A stretch of 10,888 nucleotides of DNA, from the NCBI GenBank assembly GCA_965233585.1, contig CBDDTI010000397.1, positions 1-10,888 on the forward strand, in the 5' to 3' direction. Position numbers and translations under genes: made by a program. The notes under the pieces are model-generated. The model saw only the letters and a list, made by a program, of their open reading frames with translations. It was not told the origin of the DNA and did not search any database. Source of the DNA: a bacterium. GTDB lineage: Bacteria; SAR324; NAC60-12. Every line of letters begins with the position of its first letter. Positions within the stretch are counted from its first letter, which is position 1. Below are positions 8,162 through 10,888 of the stretch, in pieces.

Positions 8162-9405
8162 AACCATAGAAACTTGTGGTCTATAGCTAAAATATTTATA
8201 TGTATTCTTTTTTTTTTTTCTAACACTGTAAAATTACAGCGGTTACCAGTCACACGCGCCCCTCAACGATTTTTTTGCCATTTCAAAAACTAAGTTTTGG
8301 TGGACGTCAATCAAATGTTTCCATGACATAGAGTCGTGTTCATTTCATGTAAGTTTCGCGGCCACGTTCGATCGTCGTTGAATCATAGGTAACCCAGGCT
8401 CACTGTGTGTGACACGTGACATAATATAGGTAAATATAGAGAACATATGAGGCGAAGTTTAGGTCTGAAAATTTGCTAGAAAATGGGAATAAAAATCGAT
8501 GAAACTTTCCATTTGGCGAGTTGTTGTTCTCCTTAATACGCACACGTAGTTTTGGGGAAAAGGAGTCTTCATCATCTTTCCTTCATAGTAAAGTGGCAAG
8601 GTAGGAGACTGAAGCCAAAGTCGGGTTCCGATCGACTCAAAAGAAGCACGATATTTTTCGTGAAAATCGAGTCCAGTCGCTAAATAAACACGCCAGGCTT
8701 GTGGAACATGGATTTCTCTAAACCACGAATCCACTGAAGCATCTCCAGCTAGCAACGCGAGGCCACCAGGCTCCGTAGAACTTGTACGTTAACCTACTAA
8801 AATGGCGACCGTTAGCCTTTGCCCTTACCACTGGCACAGTTCAAATATGGCGCTGAGCTCGGGGCGCCTGGTGACGAGTATAATAAGTCCCCGTGTGGGG
8901 AAGGGAGCCCCAGATTGCTGAAAGACAAAAGTCAGCTACCTACCCTGCACGGGGACTTATTATACTCGTCACCAGGCGCTCCGAGCTCAGCGCCATATTT
9001 GAACTGTGCCAGTGGTAAGGGCGAAGGCTAACGGTCGCCATTTTAGTAGGTTAACGTACAAGTTCTACGGAGCCTGGTGGCCTCGCGTTGCTAGCTGGAG
9101 ATGCTTCAGTGGATTCGTGGTTTAGAGAAATTCATGTTCCACAAGCCTGGCGTGTTTATTTAGCGACTGGACTCGATTTTCACGAAAAATATCGTGCTTC
9201 TTCTGAGTCGATCGGAACCCGACTTTGGCTTCAGTCTCCTACCTTGCCACTTTACTATGAAGGAAAGATGATGAAGACTCCTTTTCCCCAAAACTACGTG
9301 TGCGTATTAAGGACAACAACAACTCGCCACATGGTAAGTTTCATCGAATTTTGTTTCGATTTTCTAGCAAATTTTCAGACCTAAACTTCGCCTCATATGT
9401 TCTTT

Positions 9406-9614
9406 TAGCCTGCGAACAGGCTCCCAGCAAGGGCGGAAAAAAATTCGGCGAGCGAGCGAGTGGGAGTCAGAGCGTCGTGACTCCGCGAGCGAAGCGAGTG
9501 GGACGCGGGGGACTCCCTCCTCACCAGACCGCTCTCGGCTCACGCCCTAGACTGCACTCGCTCTCGCCCTAGACTGCACTCGGCTATCTCCAACGGGAGC
9601 CTGTTCGCAGGCTA
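9406..9614. mobile_element. 209-bp MITE with TAG...CTA ends and 9-bp TSD (AcademH-like)
   Basis: Perfect 20-bp TIRs TAGCCTGCGAACAGGCTCCC / GGGAGCCTGTTCGCAGGCTA. TSD ATGTTCTTT (9397-9405) / ATGTTCTCT (9615-9623). The empty site is visible in the opposite foldback arm. Confidence 0.9.
9538..9581 (+). repeat. 22-bp tandem duplication inside the MITE
   Basis: GCTCACGCCCTAGACTGCACTC / GCTCTCGCCCTAGACTGCACTC (21/22). Confidence 0.85.
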
Positions 9615-10522
9615 ATGTTCTCTATATTTACCTATATTATGTCACGTGTCACACACAGTGAGCCTGGGTTACCTATGGTTGAATCAGGTATAATCGCTCA
9701 GTTGTTATGACAAAATAATTTGCAATTTCACTGAGATGGAGAGTTATTATGTAGAGAAAACGTAGTCTGTCTTTGAATCACGTAGCAGAAACACTTTTTG
9801 CGAGCGAAACGTTTGTGAAGAAGGCGGCGTTTCGATCGTACGAAAACAAAACTAGAGCCGTAAGCGATCCGCCAAAGACTCAGAAAGTCAAAGAAACGAA
9901 AGATATCAGGTAGTTGAGAAAGTTGGCCTCTGAAATAAGTCGCTTTATGTGGAGATTGACTTTTTATCAGCCTGTTATGGATGCAGATTATTTTCGCCGC
10001 AGAAATTCTTGTCATTCGCCTCGCTAGTTTCAAGTGTGGTTGGAATACCAGACAGGTAAATTGTATGCAAAGCAAACCGTCAGCAGAACCAATATACGGC
10101 AAGTAGGATTGTCAGTAATAAATAGGTAATGAAAGCCGCACGAGATTAGCAGTTAGATTTTTGTAGTTCAATCTGTAGTAAAGGTTATTATTTATATTTA
10201 GTTCAGTCTCATGTTGTGGTTATACATTTGCAGCTTCAAAGCATTGCCCGTGTGCGAGACGAACGAAAAGGCGCTTCAAACGATTTCATAAGTCTTATTT
10301 CTCAGTTTCTGTTTATCGACGAGTCAAGTAACTGATGAAAGAGCAACTCGGATACTCTGAGAATTGACAATGAAATAGTGGTTCCGGAAACTCCGCTAGC
10401 CGTTATTGTCATGGATACATTTGATTGACGTCCACCAAAACGTAGTTTTTGAAGTGGGAAAAAAATCGTTGGAGGGCGCGTGTGACTGATAACCGCTGTA
10501 ATGTTTGTGCGAGTTTAAATTA

Positions 10523-10546
10523 AAATTGAATTGAATTGAAATTGAA
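10523..10546 (+). repeat. (TTGAA)n short tandem repeat, possible CR1/L2 LINE 3' tail
   Basis: AAATTGAATTGAATTGAAATTGAA preceded by AATTAAAA. Confidence 0.55.
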
Positions 10547-10888
10547 CACAGAAGTCACCAGGAGCTATCGATTTCTCTAAATTTTTGCTAGCAAATTTTG
10601 ACGATAAGCGAAAGAAAGGTAAGCGAATCTGTTTTATTTTGCTGTAAATACAGGCCATCACTTCTTTCAGTCTACACTTTGTGTGTTTACAAATAGAAGA
10701 GTCTTCGTTTGGTTTGTTTTTCGTGAATTGCTATTTGCATATGTTTGCATATTCATGAAGTTTCTAATTTGATTGTGCATGCTTGATTGACTACAAAAGT
10801 TCATTAATATGAATGCTTTTTTGTTCTATTTTAAGGTTCTTGTTCAGTACGGTGAGCGGAAAAGCTATATCCTTCCTATCCTTTATAT

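Larger units (their letters stand above)
7760..8188. mobile_element. Non-autonomous element with a terminal ~65-bp-arm hairpin (possibly Crypton-like), interrupted by an insertion
   Basis: Left arm 7869-7933 (AGCAATAGACCACAAGTTTCTATGG...GGGATGTTGGTAGAACAC) pairs imperfectly with 7964-8008 plus 8169-8188. An upstream TGATTGGTCAATCA block is present. The superfamily call is inference. Confidence 0.6.
8384..9677. mobile_element. Foldback element with 512-bp inverted arms and 7-bp TSD (probably P/Galileo-type, non-autonomous)
   Basis: Ends CATAGGTAACCC...GGGTTACCTATG. GTTGAAT is duplicated at 8377-8383 and 9678-9684. Arm 8384-8895 versus 8948-9677 (minus a 218-bp insert plus TSD) shows 11 mismatches in 512 by hand; the centre is 52 bp. 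Confidence 0.9.
8237..10498. mobile_element. Non-autonomous Tc1/mariner-type element (961 bp after removing the nested insertion)
   Basis: 92-bp TIRs at 8237-8328 and 10407-10498 (85/92 identical by hand alignment), starting CAGCGGTTA. TA on both sides (8235-8236, 10499-10500). No transposase seen. Confidence 0.85.

Noticed and set aside
8833..9010. Possible separate MITE (GGCACAGTTCAAA...TTTGAACTGTGCC) at the foldback centre
   Set aside because: No direct-repeat TSD flanks it, and the symmetry continues seamlessly outward.
8819..9031. 70-aa ORF across the palindrome centre
   Set aside because: Non-ATG start, a by-product of the inverted repeat, no recognisable domain.
8459..9384. Twin 98-aa ORFs (8459-8755 minus, 9088-9384 plus) as a duplicated gene pair
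   Set aside because: They are mirror images created by the foldback arms, start at non-ATG codons, and show no THAP, DDE or other recognisable motif.

Overview
Eukaryotic (animal) genomic DNA. The repeat families look like those of stony corals or other anthozoans; that taxon call is recalled, not searched. The left half (1-5468) carries the 5' part of a minus-strand spliced kinesin-2 gene best matching KIF17/OSM-3. It has four coding exons with phase-consistent GT-AG junctions (5404-4517, 3270-3033, 1312-969, 614-<1; about 694 codons in the window), and its introns hold decayed MITEs and a tRNA-derived SINE. A probable 5'UTR intron and a promoter with RFX X-box-like and YY1 motifs lie at about 5469-6720. 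The right half is a dense transposon region. Its centrepiece is a nested stack in which each insertion has a readable target-site duplication (TSD): a 209-bp TAG...CTA MITE (9-bp TSD) sits in one arm of a foldback element with 512-bp, ~98% identical arms (CATAG...CTATG, 7-bp TSD). That element sits in a TA-flanked element with 92-bp TIRs, which appears to split a LINE-like 3' tail. Two minimal hammerhead-ribozyme-like motifs occur in Penelope-like fragments (6096-6135 +, 8056-8092 -). No transposase, RNA gene or CRISPR array is visible. I cannot establish a new biological system from sequence alone; the foldback/nested stack, the hammerhead motifs and the exonic X-box are the best leads.
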